A program made the translations under genes and the position numbers. This document shows positions 1-9,408 of a stretch of 64,000 nucleotides of DNA, in pieces. The stretch's first letter is position 1. Every line of letters begins with the position of its first letter. The stretch is from Dehalococcoidia bacterium (lineage in GTDB: Bacteria > Chloroflexota > Dehalococcoidia > UBA2979), in assembly GCA_964291495.2 (NCBI GenBank), contig OZ219871.1, positions 1,088,001 to 1,152,000 on the forward strand. The letters are read 5' to 3'. The notes beneath the pieces were generated by a model that saw only the letters and a program-made list of their open reading frames with translations, was not told the DNA's origin and searched no databases.

Positions 1-626
1 ACCTCGATGATCTCCTGGATGTCGAAGCTGCCCGCGCCGCGCCAGAGCAGGATGATGCCGATCAGCAGGCCCACGTCGCCGATGCGCGTGGTGATGAAGG
101 CCTTCTTCGCCGCCTCGGCCGCCGACTGGCGCTCCCAGTAGAAGCCGATCAGCAGGTACGAGGCGAGGCCGACTGCCTCCCACGAGAGGTAGAGCAGCAT
201 CAGGTTGCCGGAGGTGACCAGCATCAGCATCGCCGCCGCGAAGCCGGAGAGGACCGCGAAGTACCAGCCGTAGCGCGGCTCGCCGTCCATGTAGCCGACG
301 GAGTAGAGCATCACCATCAGGGTCACGATCGAGACGACGGCAAGCATCAGCACCGTGATGCCGTCGACGTAGGTGCTGAACTCGATCAGCAGCGAGTCGC
401 CGATCTTCGCCCACTCGAAGGCGTAGACGTGCTCCGAGCCGGGCGCGAACTTGCCGTCGACGAAGCTCGACTGGAAGTCCAGCGTGACGAACAGCGCGAG
501 CACGACGACGGCGAGCATCCCGAGGATGGCGAGCCCGTCGCCGCCGCGCGGCATGGCGCGGTTGAACAGCGCCAGCAGGGCGAAGATCGCGGCGGGGATC
601 GCCGGCAGCAGCCAGACCTGCTCCAT
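1..626 (-). CDS. nuoL: NADH-quinone oxidoreductase subunit L (5' part; runs off window start)
   Basis: Manual translation from ATG at 626: MEQVWLLPAIP...YSVGYMDGEPRYGWYF...WEAVGLASYLLIGFYW...AAKKAFITTRIGD, typical NuoL motifs; follows nuoK. Confidence 0.95.
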   Translation of the reverse strand, partial: MEQVWLLPAIPAAIFALLALFNRAMPRGGDGLAILGMLAVVVLALFVTLDFQSSFVDGKFAPGSEHVYAFEWAKIGDSLLIEFSTYVDGITVLMLAVVSIVTLMVMLYSVGYMDGEPRYGWYFAVLSGFAAAMLMLVTSGNLMLLYLSWEAVGLASYLLIGFYWERQSAAEAAKKAFITTRIGDVGLLIGIILLWRGAGSFDIQEIIE

Positions 627-655
627 GCCCACGCGCTAGGCCTCCACTCCCGCGG

Positions 656-970
656 CTACCACTTCAGCTCGCTCGCATCGTCGACGTAGGCGGTGCGGCG
701 CTCGCGGAAGATGCGCAGCACGATGCCGAGCGCCAGGCCGACCTCGGCCGCGGCGACGGTGATGATGAAGATCGCGAAGATCACGCCCGTGAAGGCTTCA
801 TGGTCGAAGTAGGCGGCGAACGCGACCATGTTGATCGTGGTCGCGGCCAGCATCAGCTCGACGGAGACGAGGATCAGGATCGCGCTGCGACGGGCGAGCA
901 CACCGTAAAAGCCGATGCCGAAGAGCACGGCGGAGAGCACGAGGAAGTTCTCGATCGGGATGTCGCTCAC
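656..970 (-). CDS. nuoK: NADH-quinone oxidoreductase subunit K
   Basis: 104 aa, three TM helices, ELML and AAAEVGLAL motifs. Confidence 0.95.
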   Translation of the reverse strand: MSDIPIENFLVLSAVLFGIGFYGVLARRSAILILVSVELMLAATTINMVAFAAYFDHEAFTGVIFAIFIITVAAAEVGLALGIVLRIFRERRTAYVDDASELKW

Positions 971-1635
971 GAGGACTCGCCTTCCTCGACCGCGTCGTCA
1001 TCCTCGTCGCGGTCGCGGCGCGCCACGGCGACGGCGCCGATCAGCGCCACGATCAGCACCAGCGAGGCGATCTCGAAGGGCGCGCCGAAGTCACGGAAGA
1101 GCCGCTCGCCGAGCGTGGTGAAGGGCGCCACGGCGGCCTCGGTCTCCGCCCAGTCCTGGTCGACCAGCGCCACGCCGACGACGGCGGCGAGCAGGATGCC
1201 GACGAGGAAGGCGAACGGCTTCTGCGCGCCGTCTGTGACCTTCGGGTCCTCGCTGGCGTTCGTGAGCATCAGACCGAAGAGCAGCAGCACGGTCACGCCG
1301 CCCCCGTAGATCAGCACCTGGACCAGCGCCAGGAACTCGGAGCCCAGCAGCAGGAAGATGCCGGCCACGCCGAGCAGCGCGATCACGAGCGAGAGCGTCG
1401 CGTGGACGATGTTGGGCAGCAGCACGGCGCCGAGCGCCCCGAGGATGATCACCGCGGCGGCGAGCCAGAAGACCACCTCCGCCGCCGTGATCTCGTCGAA
1501 GATCAGCAGTGCGATCAGGACGATCGCAATCGGCGTGATCAGCGCGCCGGCGACGAGGCCCGTGAAGATGACGATGCGATCGAGTTGCTGGGGGAACGGG
1601 ATGCGTTCTAGCAGTTCAAGCACCGCGCGCCCCAC
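967..1635 (-). CDS. nuoJ: NADH-quinone oxidoreductase subunit J, with an extra N-terminal hydrophobic segment (start uncertain)
   Basis: EFLALVQVLIYGGGVTVLLLFGLML and PFEIASLVLIVALIGAV motifs. Confidence 0.9.
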   Translation of the reverse strand: MGRAVLELLERIPFPQQLDRIVIFTGLVAGALITPIAIVLIALLIFDEITAAEVVFWLAAAVIILGALGAVLLPNIVHATLSLVIALLGVAGIFLLLGSEFLALVQVLIYGGGVTVLLLFGLMLTNASEDPKVTDGAQKPFAFLVGILLAAVVGVALVDQDWAETEAAVAPFTTLGERLFRDFGAPFEIASLVLIVALIGAVAVARRDRDEDDDAVEEGESS

Positions 1636-1692
1636 CGTATCGCCGGGGTCTCCTGCCCTCGGGGCTTGCGCCCCCCGGGACGGGGACCGGCC

Positions 1693-2166
1693 CTAGATAT
1701 CGGCGACCCACTCGTCGAGTTCGCCCGCGCGATGCTGGGCGAGCAACTGCGGCAGGTCCATCACCAGGTCCGACCGGTCGTACACCGACAGCTCGTGGCC
1801 GGTCCAGGTGTTGTTCATGGCGATTGCCTCGAAGTTGCACACCTCGACGCAGATGTTGCAGCGCATGCAGCGCGCGTAGTCGATCCAGAACTTGTCGATG
1901 ATCTTGCGGCGCCGCGAGGTCCCGCCCTGGCTCTCGTGGTTGGGATTGTCCTTCATCAGGACGGTCATGCACTCGACCGGGCAGGCACGCTCGCAGGCGT
2001 GGCAGCCGGTGCAGTAGGGCTCGTCGATGTGGTCGTCCCAGAGCAGGATCGGGAACGCGCGGTCGCGCTCCGGCAGCTCCTTGTGCCCTTCCGGGTACTG
2101 CCGCGTGACCGGACGCCTCGTGAACGTCGAGAGCGTCGTCGCCATGCTCTTGAGGAGGCCCTTCAT
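1693..2166 (-). CDS. nuoI: NADH-quinone oxidoreductase subunit I (2x[4Fe-4S])
   Basis: CTGCHACERACP and CMRCNICVEVC ferredoxin motifs; start moved to ATG MKGLLK at 2166. Confidence 0.95.
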   Translation of the reverse strand: MKGLLKSMATTLSTFTRRPVTRQYPEGHKELPERDRAFPILLWDDHIDEPYCTGCHACERACPVECMTVLMKDNPNHESQGGTSRRRKIIDKFWIDYARCMRCNICVEVCNFEAIAMNNTWTGHELSVYDRSDLVMDLPQLLAQHRAGELDEWVADI

Positions 2167-2241
2167 GGCCGGAAGCCTTTCACGCCCGCACCTTATGCGG
2201 TAGTGCCCGCAGGCGCGAGTCCGCCGCACCGCCCACGAGGC

Positions 2242-3372
2242 TCACGAGGCCGCCTCCGCCTCCATCGCCGGCCGCGCCAGCTGCCGCGGGCGGCGGCGCG
2301 TGATGCCGTGCTCGACGATCACGTAGAGCAGCACCAGCCCGATCACGTTCGGAATCAGCAGGAACACGTCCGGCCACTCGTAGACGAGGATCAGCCCGTT
2401 CGCGAGGATCAGCGCGAACGAGAGCGGCATCAGCACCTTCCAGGAGAAGCCCATCAGTTGGTCGATGCGCATCCGCGGCACGGTCACCCGCACCCAGAAG
2501 ACGCTGAAGATCAGCAACCCGGTCTTCGCGCTCGTCAGCGCGACCTGCCAGAGGAACCCCGCGTCCTCGCCCAGCGGCCAGGCCCAGCCGCCGAGGAACA
2601 CCGCCGAGGCGAGCAGGCAGAGGATGAACAGCCCCGCGTACTCGGCGAGGAAGAACATCGACCAGCGGATCCCGCTGTACTCGACAAACGGCCCGCCGAC
2701 CACCTCGGACTCCCCAATCGGGATGTCGAAGGGGCTGCGGTTCAGCTCGGCGAGCATCGCGACGTAGAAGATCGCGAACGCCAGCGGCTGCCAGACGATG
2801 TAGGGGATGTGCCCCTGCTGCCCGGTGATCTCGTTGAGGTTGAGGCTGCCCGCGACCATCGCCACGGCCAGCACCGCGAGGATCAGCGGCACCTCGTACG
2901 AGATGCCCTGCGCGGCGGCGCGCAGCGCGCCGATCATCGCGTAGCGGTTGTCCGAGGACCAACCGGCCATCACCCAGCCGACGACGTTCACCGAGCTGAT
3001 CGCGATCACGTAGAACAGGCCGAGCTCCAGCACGCGCACGTTCCAGTCGAACGCGAACGGAATCGCGACGAAGGCCATGAACACGGGCACGAACACGAAG
3101 TAGACGGCCAACTCGAAGATCAGCGGGTCCGCGTTCCGCGGCCGCAGATCCTCCTTGCCGAGCAGCTTGAGCGCGTCGGCGAGGGACTGGAGCAGGCCCA
3201 GCGGCCCGGTCCGCGTCGGGCCGAGGCGCATCTGGAAGCGCGCGATGATCTTGCGCTCGATGTAGATCAGGCCCATCACGACCACGGTCATCAGGCCGAC
3301 GATCAGGTGCAGCCGGATGATCGCGTCCACCCAGACGTTGACCGTCGGGAAGCCGAACAGCTCGGTGTTCAT
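2242..3372 (-). CDS. nuoH: NADH-quinone oxidoreductase subunit H
   Basis: ERKIIARFQMRLGP, DALKLLGKED, NRSPFD..ESE..GPFVEYSG; ATG overlaps the nuoD stop. Confidence 0.95.
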   Translation of the reverse strand: MNTELFGFPTVNVWVDAIIRLHLIVGLMTVVVMGLIYIERKIIARFQMRLGPTRTGPLGLLQSLADALKLLGKEDLRPRNADPLIFELAVYFVFVPVFMAFVAIPFAFDWNVRVLELGLFYVIAISSVNVVGWVMAGWSSDNRYAMIGALRAAAQGISYEVPLILAVLAVAMVAGSLNLNEITGQQGHIPYIVWQPLAFAIFYVAMLAELNRSPFDIPIGESEVVGGPFVEYSGIRWSMFFLAEYAGLFILCLLASAVFLGGWAWPLGEDAGFLWQVALTSAKTGLLIFSVFWVRVTVPRMRIDQLMGFSWKVLMPLSFALILANGLILVYEWPDVFLLIPNVIGLVLLYVIVEHGITRRRPRQLARPAMEAEAAS

Positions 3373-4511
3373 CGGTCGACCTCGCAAAGCACGATGTCGA
3401 GTGAGCCGAGGACGACGACGGCGTCGGCGATGTAGCCGCCGATCGTCATGTCGCGCAGCGCCTGCAGGTTGGAGAGGCAGGCGGAGCGGATCTTGAGCCG
3501 GTGCGGGCGGTTGCCGCCCTTGCTCACCAGGTAGATCCCGTACTCGCCGCGCGGCGCCTCGGTGCGCGTGTAGACCTCGCCCGGCGGGGTGCGCAGCATC
3601 CGAGGCAGCCGGTCCGGCACGATCGGCCCCGGCTCGAGCCGCTCGAGACACTGCTCGATGATGCGGATCGACTGCCACATCTCGTTGATGCGGCACTGGA
3701 AGCGGTCGAACACGTCGCCGTGCTCACCCGTGATCACGTCGAAGTCGACCTGGTCGTAGAAGAGGTAGGGCTCGTCCTTGCGGATGTCCATCGGCACGCC
3801 GCTGGCGCGCAGCGTCGGGCCGCTCGCGCCCCAGTCGAGCGCGTCCTCGGCGCTGAGGTGGCCGACGCCCTCGGTGCGCGCGCGGAAGATCTCGTTCTGA
3901 GTCATCAGGCCGTCGAGGTCCTTGATGCCGCGGCGCGAGAGCTCCAGCGTCTCCCGCACGCGCGCCTCGAAGTTGCCGGGCACCTCCCAGGCGAGACCGC
4001 CCGCGCGGAAGTAGGCGAACATCAGGCGGTCGCCGGCGACCTCCTCGAACAGGTCCTGGATCCACTCGCGCTCGCGGAACGCGTAGGTGAACGCCGTCCC
4101 GAAGACGCCGACGTCCGTCCCGAACGCGCCGAGGAACATGAAGTGGCTGGACAGCCGGTTCAGCTCGCAGAGGATCATGCGAACCCACTGCGCCCGCTCC
4201 GGCACCTCGAGCTCGGCGAGCTGCTCGACGGCCATCACGTAGGAGAGCTCGGCGTTGAAGTTCGCCAGGTACTCGGTGCGGTCCATGTAGCCGATGCCCT
4301 GGCGGTAGTCCATCGTCTCGCAGAGCTTCTCCGCCCCGCGGTGCATGTAGCCGATGTGCGGCGTCACGTCGGTGACGAGCTCGCCGTCGATGGTCAGGAC
4401 CATGCGGAAGACGCCGTGGGTCGAGGGGTGCTGCGGCCCCATGTTGATCATGAGGTCCTGGGTCTCGAACTCGTGATCGAAGGCGGGCGTGTCCGGCACG
4501 GTGGTGGTCAC
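3369..4511 (-). CDS. nuoD: NADH-quinone oxidoreductase subunit D
   Basis: NMGPQHPSTHGVFR, GYMHRGAEK, C-terminal EVDR. Confidence 0.97.
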   Translation of the reverse strand: MTTTVPDTPAFDHEFETQDLMINMGPQHPSTHGVFRMVLTIDGELVTDVTPHIGYMHRGAEKLCETMDYRQGIGYMDRTEYLANFNAELSYVMAVEQLAELEVPERAQWVRMILCELNRLSSHFMFLGAFGTDVGVFGTAFTYAFREREWIQDLFEEVAGDRLMFAYFRAGGLAWEVPGNFEARVRETLELSRRGIKDLDGLMTQNEIFRARTEGVGHLSAEDALDWGASGPTLRASGVPMDIRKDEPYLFYDQVDFDVITGEHGDVFDRFQCRINEMWQSIRIIEQCLERLEPGPIVPDRLPRMLRTPPGEVYTRTEAPRGEYGIYLVSKGGNRPHRLKIRSACLSNLQALRDMTIGGYIADAVVVLGSLDIVLCEVDR

Positions 4512-5032
4512 GGCTGCACCCCCTCGCCGTAGGCGATGCCCTCGCCCTGCAGCACCTCGATCTCGGCAAGTGGGTGCTCCTTGCGCAGCGGGAAGGTGTC
4601 GTCCATGTCGTCGGGCAGCAGCAGCGTGCGGGGATCGGGGTGACCCTCGAAGCGCACGCCGAACATCTCCGCCGTCTCGCGCTCCAGCCAGTTGGCGGCG
4701 CGCCAGACGGTGGTCGCCGTCTCGACCGTCAGGTCGTCGTTCGGCAGCCGCGTCTTGACCGTGAGGTTGAGCTTCTGCGTGGAGGAGTAGAGGTGGTAGA
4801 CGATCTCGATCCCCTCGTCCTCCCAGTCGACGCCGCTGAGGCAGCGCAGGTAGTCGAAGGCGAGGTCGGCGTTGCCCTTGAGGGCGCGCAGCCCGCGGAC
4901 CAACTCGTCCCTGGGAATCGTGACGATCAGGTCCTGCGCGCCGCGCTCGGGATCGGCGGTGATGCCGGCGAGGCAGGCGTCGACCTGCGGCCAGATGGTG
5001 CCCTCGAGGCGGTCCGCGTCGCCGTTCGTCAT
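4508..5032 (-). CDS. nuoC: NADH-quinone oxidoreductase subunit C
   Basis: [21 protein letters not shown]...FPLRKEHP; start at MTNGD (5032). Confidence 0.95.
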   Translation of the reverse strand: MTNGDADRLEGTIWPQVDACLAGITADPERGAQDLIVTIPRDELVRGLRALKGNADLAFDYLRCLSGVDWEDEGIEIVYHLYSSTQKLNLTVKTRLPNDDLTVETATTVWRAANWLERETAEMFGVRFEGHPDPRTLLLPDDMDDTFPLRKEHPLAEIEVLQGEGIAYGEGVQP

Positions 5033-5664
5033 CGGCCGGTCGCTCCGCGCTCCTCCATGATCTTCTCCTGGAGGGCCACGAAGCCGTCGAGCAGCGCCTC
5101 CGGCCGCGGCGGGCAGCCGGGCACGTAGACGTCCACCGGCACGATCTTGTCGACGCCCTGCAGCACGCGGTCGTAGCGGGTGTAGGGGCCGCCGTTGGTG
5201 GCGCAGGCGCCCATCGAGATCACCCACTTGGGATTCGGCATCTGCTCGTAGAGCAGCTTCACCGCCGGCGCCATCTTCTTCGTCACCGTCCCGGCGACGA
5301 TCATCACGTCCGACTGGCGCGGCGAGGGCCACGGCACGATCCCGAAGCGATCGAGGTCGTAGTGCGACATGTAGGTCGCGATCATCTCGATCGCGCAGCA
5401 GGCGAGGCCGAACGTCATCGGCCACAGCGAGGACTTGCGGCAGGCGGCGATGACGAGGTCCGCCGGCGCCTGCATCACGCCCGGCAGCACGATCTTGTAG
5501 AGCGCCTTGCCGGGCGTCGCCTCGACGGGGGTGAGCCTCGGCAGCTCGGCCGGGTGCTCCTGCGGAGGCGAGTACGGCATCAGCGGCAGCGGCGCCGCGT
5601 CGGGTCGTGTCTCCGGCGGAGCGGTGGTCGTCTCGGTGGTCCCGGTCGCCGGTCCTACCGCCAT
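5029..5664 (-). CDS. nuoB: NADH-quinone oxidoreductase subunit B
   Basis: [33 protein letters not shown]. Confidence 0.97.
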   Translation of the reverse strand: MAVGPATGTTETTTAPPETRPDAAPLPLMPYSPPQEHPAELPRLTPVEATPGKALYKIVLPGVMQAPADLVIAACRKSSLWPMTFGLACCAIEMIATYMSHYDLDRFGIVPWPSPRQSDVMIVAGTVTKKMAPAVKLLYEQMPNPKWVISMGACATNGGPYTRYDRVLQGVDKIVPVDVYVPGCPPRPEALLDGFVALQEKIMEERGATGR

Positions 5665-6020
5665 TGGAGCGCTCCCTTCTTCCAGGCGTAGGCGAAGCCG
5701 ACGCCGAGGATGCCCACGAAGAGCAGCATCTCGTAGTACGCCTGCGGTCCCACGCCCACGAAGGAAAGCGCCCACGGGAAGATGAAGACCGCCTCGACGT
5801 CGAAGATGATAAAGAGGATGGCGTAGAGGTAGAAGCGCATGCCCACGTTGGTGCTCGTGCGCCGTACGGGCAGCATGCCGCACTCGTAGGTCGTGGCCTT
5901 GTGTCGCTCGCTGGAGAAGGGGGCGATCAGGCGGGCGCCGATGAGGGCAGTGATAACGAGGAAGAAGCCCACGCCTGTCGCGATGAGCACGGCCAGATAG
6001 TTGTTGAACAGCGCGTCCAA
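5655..6020 (-). CDS. nuoA: NADH-quinone oxidoreductase subunit A (probable TTG start)
   Basis: [32 protein letters not shown]. Confidence 0.95.
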   Translation of the reverse strand: MDALFNNYLAVLIATGVGFFLVITALIGARLIAPFSSERHKATTYECGMLPVRRTSTNVGMRFYLYAILFIIFDVEAVFIFPWALSFVGVGPQAYYEMLLFVGILGVGFAYAWKKGALQWR

Positions 6021-6089
6021 TGCCTTGTCCCAGCCGCGTGTGCCGGCGCTGGCCGCCACCTGCTGCGGGGCGGATCGAGGCCCTGCGGC

Positions 6090-6118
6090 AACGTAGCAGC
6101 GGCCCCCCGCATGGTCAA
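6090..6118 (-). promoter_or_regulatory. Candidate sigma70 promoter of the nuo operon
   Basis: Minus strand TTGACC-17 nt-TACGTT with TGn extension, upstream of nuoA; same -35 hexamer as the tRNA and valS promoters. Confidence 0.5.
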
Positions 6119-6151
6119 CGCAGACAGGGTGCGCTCAGGCCAGCAGCAGCG

Positions 6152-6397
6152 TCACTCGATCTGCTGCCCCGCGGCGATCTCGTCGAGCATGTCGTCGATG
6201 TCGGCCGTAGGGAACTGATGCCGCGACGCGTCCTCGATTGCGCGCAACTTCCGGTCGACACGCGAGCCGCGACCCCGGAGCGCATCCCGTACCGCCCGCC
6301 GAACCCACTCGGCCACGGGCATACGCTCCCTGCGGGCCGCATCCCGTACCTCGCGATACTCTTCCTCATCCAGCAGCACCTGGAGTGGCTCCGCCAT
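6152..6397 (-). CDS. VapB-like (RHH/CopG) antitoxin, orphan
   Basis: LQVLLDEEEYREVRDAARRERMPVAEWVRRAVR...HQFPTADIDDMLDEI resembles mycobacterial VapB13-type antitoxins (from recall); no PIN toxin downstream. Confidence 0.75.
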   Translation of the reverse strand: MAEPLQVLLDEEEYREVRDAARRERMPVAEWVRRAVRDALRGRGSRVDRKLRAIEDASRHQFPTADIDDMLDEIAAGQQIE

Positions 6398-6476
6398 GGG
6401 TGCAGTATCGCCCGGATCGCGTGCGCGAGCACCCCGCATCCTGGGCAGCGCCTGCGCCTCCTGCTCCTAAACCGGC

Positions 6477-8147
6477 TCAGACCAGGCCGCGCACCTCGCC
6501 GTCTGGGCCAAGGTCGAAGCCGAGCGCGTTCGGCTGCGCGGGCAGGCCCGGCAGCGTGATGATCGGCCCCGCGAGCGCGATGATCTGGCGCGCGCCCGCC
6601 GCCACCCGCAGCTCGACAATCGGGAAGGTGTGCCCGACCGGCACCCCGCGCCGGTCCTGGAAGGCCGAGAGCGAGAGGTGCGTCTTCGCGACGCAGATCG
6701 GAAAGTCCCAGCCGTTGCGCTCGAAGCGGCGGGCCGTCGTGCGGGTGAGCGGACCCCAGCTCACCCCGTCGGCGCGATAGATCTCGCGCGCGAGCGTCTC
6801 GATCTTCCCGAACACGCCCGCGTCGTCCTCGTAGAGCAGCCGCACCTGCGAGGGCTGCTCGACCGCCGAGACGACGGCCTCGGCCAACTCGGTCATGCCC
6901 GCGCCGCCCTCGCTGAAGCCCTTCGCCTCGACGGCGGCCAGCGCGCCCGCCTCGAGGGCGACACGCTGCGCGATCGCGATCTCCTCGGCGGTGTCGTTCG
7001 GGTAGCGGTTGATCGCGACGACGGCAGGCAGGCCGTAGTCACGGACGACGCCGACCGCGTTGCGCAGGTTCGCGCTGCCCTCCTCGACGGCCTGCGCGTC
7101 GGGCTCGTCGAGGGCGTCGCGCTGCGCGCCGCCGTGCCAGCGCAGCCCGCGGATCGTCGCGACGACGACCGCCGCCGAGGGCTCCGGGCCGCCCTGGCGG
7201 ATCTTGATGTCCATGAACTTCTCGAAGCCGAGGTCGGCCCCGAAGCCCGCCTCCGTGACCGCGTAGTCGCCCGTGGCCAGCGCCAGCCGGTCGGCGATGA
7301 TCGAGGAGCAGCCGTGCGCGATGTTGCCGAACGGCCCGGTATGCACGATCGCCGGCTGGCCCTCGGCGGTCTGTACGACGTTCGGCTTCAGCGCGTCCTT
7401 GAGCAGCACCATCATCGCGCCCACGCACTGCAGCTCGCCGGCGCGCACCGGCCGGTCGTCGGCGGTCCAGCCGACGACGATCTCGGAGAGCCGCAGCCTG
7501 AGGTCGTCGTAGTCCGAGGCGAGCGCGACGATCGCCATGATCTCCGAGGCCGCCGAGATGTCGAAGCCCGTGTCGCGAAGCGGCCCGTCGGCGCGCCCGC
7601 CGACGCCGGTCACGATCCGGCGCAGCGCGCGGTCCTCGGCGTCCGTCACCCGCCGCCAGGTGATGCCCTGCGGAGCGAAGCCCTCGATGGCGCCGGAGCG
7701 CGCGGCGTTGTCCGCCATCGCAGCGAGGAAGTTGTGCGCGGACTGGATCGCGTGGAAGTCGCCGGTGAAGTGCAGGTTGATGTCGGCCTCGGGTTCGACG
7801 ATGGCGCGCCCGCCGCCGGTGCCCCCGCCCTTCATGCCGAAGAGCGGACCGAGCGAGGGCTGGCGAATCGCGAGGACGGCGCGCTTCCCGATCGCCGCGA
7901 GCCCGTCCGTGAGCCCGATCGAGGTGGTGGTCTTGCCCTCACCGGCCGGTGTCGGAGTGATCGCGGTGACGACGACCAGCTTCCCCGAGGCGCCCCCCTG
8001 CGGGATCGCCTCGAGCGGCACCTTCACCTTGTCGCGGCCGTACGGCTCGAGCGCCTCCGACTCGAGGCCGAGCTGCTCCACTACCTCGCGCATCGCGCGC
8101 ACCATAGCCTCCATCGTCTTGCGCGCCGAGGGTACCGGATCGGGCAT
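6477..8147 (-). CDS. fhs: Formate--tetrahydrofolate ligase
   Basis: TAITPTPAGEGKTTT, INLHFTGDFHAI, HTGPFGNIAHGCSS, VTEAGFGADLG; start uncertain (8147 or a nearby downstream ATG). Confidence 0.97.
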   Translation of the reverse strand: MPDPVPSARKTMEAMVRAMREVVEQLGLESEALEPYGRDKVKVPLEAIPQGGASGKLVVVTAITPTPAGEGKTTTSIGLTDGLAAIGKRAVLAIRQPSLGPLFGMKGGGTGGGRAIVEPEADINLHFTGDFHAIQSAHNFLAAMADNAARSGAIEGFAPQGITWRRVTDAEDRALRRIVTGVGGRADGPLRDTGFDISAASEIMAIVALASDYDDLRLRLSEIVVGWTADDRPVRAGELQCVGAMMVLLKDALKPNVVQTAEGQPAIVHTGPFGNIAHGCSSIIADRLALATGDYAVTEAGFGADLGFEKFMDIKIRQGGPEPSAAVVVATIRGLRWHGGAQRDALDEPDAQAVEEGSANLRNAVGVVRDYGLPAVVAINRYPNDTAEEIAIAQRVALEAGALAAVEAKGFSEGGAGMTELAEAVVSAVEQPSQVRLLYEDDAGVFGKIETLAREIYRADGVSWGPLTRTTARRFERNGWDFPICVAKTHLSLSAFQDRRGVPVGHTFPIVELRVAAGARQIIALAGPIITLPGLPAQPNALGFDLGPDGEVRGLV

Positions 8148-8182
8148 GCGGCCCGCCGGAACGCTGCTGGACCGAGTACGCC

Positions 8183-9142
8183 CTAGCCTCGGCCCACGGC
8201 AGCGTCGATGCGCGTCAGCAGCTCGGCGTCGAGGGGGCCGCGCGCCTCGGCGGCGACGCACTCGCGTAGCTCCTCGCGGTTCTTGACGCCCAGCACGACG
8301 GTGGAAACGCCCGGCATCGACAGCGCGTAGCGGTGCGCGAGGGCGGCCGGCGACTCGCCGAGGTCGCGCGCGAGGTCGCGGAACGGCGCGGCGCGCTCGA
8401 AGTCCGCCGCGTCACCGTGCCCTTCGGGCAGCTCGCGGTCGATTGCGTCGGTCAGGGCGCCCGCCTGCACGGCGCGGATCCCCATCACCGCGACGCCTTG
8501 CTCGCCCGCGGCGGCGATCACCTCGCGCGGGCGCAGCGCGCCCCCGAAGCGCTGGATCGCCCCTGCCGAGTCGAGGAGGTTCGCGATGCACTGCACCGCG
8601 CCGGGCGGCGTCTCGGAGCGGAGCGCCGCGACCACGGCGTCGGGGATGCCGATGCCCGTGATGCCCCACGCCCCCGCCAGCCCCTCCGCCACCAGTCCCT
8701 CCAGCGCCGGGCGCACGGCCTCCTCGAAGAGCGTGAGCGGAGTACCCGCGTAGCGATCGGCGTCGGCATCGGCGACGAGCATGTTGTGCACGATGAACAC
8801 GTCGACGCGTTCGAGGCGCAGCCGCGCCAGGCTCTCGATGAGACTCGAGCGGAGCAGGTCCGCCACCTCGGAGGCCGGGGGCGCGCCGACGCGGCACTTG
8901 GTGGAGACGCGCACGCCGTCCGGGAGCCGCCCGCCGAGCGCCTCACCGACGACGCGTTCGGCCTCGCCGTCACCGTAGGTCGGCGCGACATCGAGCAGGG
9001 TGATGCCGAGCTCGATCGCCTCGCGCGTGGTGGCGACGCACTCCTCGCGAGTCGTCGCGCCCCAGACCTGGCCGATCCCCCCGCCGCCGAGGGTGAGCGC
9101 GCTCACGTCGTATCCGAGGCTGCCGAAGGCACGTTGCTCCAT
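8183..9142 (-). CDS. Aldo/keto reductase
   Basis: LTLGGGG, LDVAPTYGDGEAE, STK, SLARLRLERVD. Confidence 0.9.
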   Translation of the reverse strand: MEQRAFGSLGYDVSALTLGGGGIGQVWGATTREECVATTREAIELGITLLDVAPTYGDGEAERVVGEALGGRLPDGVRVSTKCRVGAPPASEVADLLRSSLIESLARLRLERVDVFIVHNMLVADADADRYAGTPLTLFEEAVRPALEGLVAEGLAGAWGITGIGIPDAVVAALRSETPPGAVQCIANLLDSAGAIQRFGGALRPREVIAAAGEQGVAVMGIRAVQAGALTDAIDRELPEGHGDAADFERAAPFRDLARDLGESPAALAHRYALSMPGVSTVVLGVKNREELRECVAAEARGPLDAELLTRIDAAVGRG

Positions 9143-9180
9143 GCCGCGAGCGTAGTGCGCGTGAGCGCGGCGAGACAACG

Positions 9181-9383
9181 GAGACCTTTGCGAAACGCGC
9201 ACAAGCCCGATCCGGCCCCCTCTCCCTGGGGAGAGGGCGGGGGTGAGGGGGAGGACTCCCGCGCCCTTCGAAAGCCCCGACGGCGCAACGCAATCCCGGA
9301 GGGCGGCTCCTCCCTCACCCGCGGGGGGTTGGGGGGAGTCCCCCCCACAAAGCGCCTAGAGCAGAGGGCTACGCAGAGGTCAC
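9181..9383. mobile_element. MITE-like element copy 1 carrying REP-like palindromes
   Basis: Left end GAGACCTTTGCGAAAC, degenerate right end GCTACGCAGAGGTCAC; first ~140 bp nearly identical to the copies at 25673 and 38333. Confidence 0.75.
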
Positions 9384-9408
9384 CGACGGGCGAGGGGACC
9401 GGCGGCGG

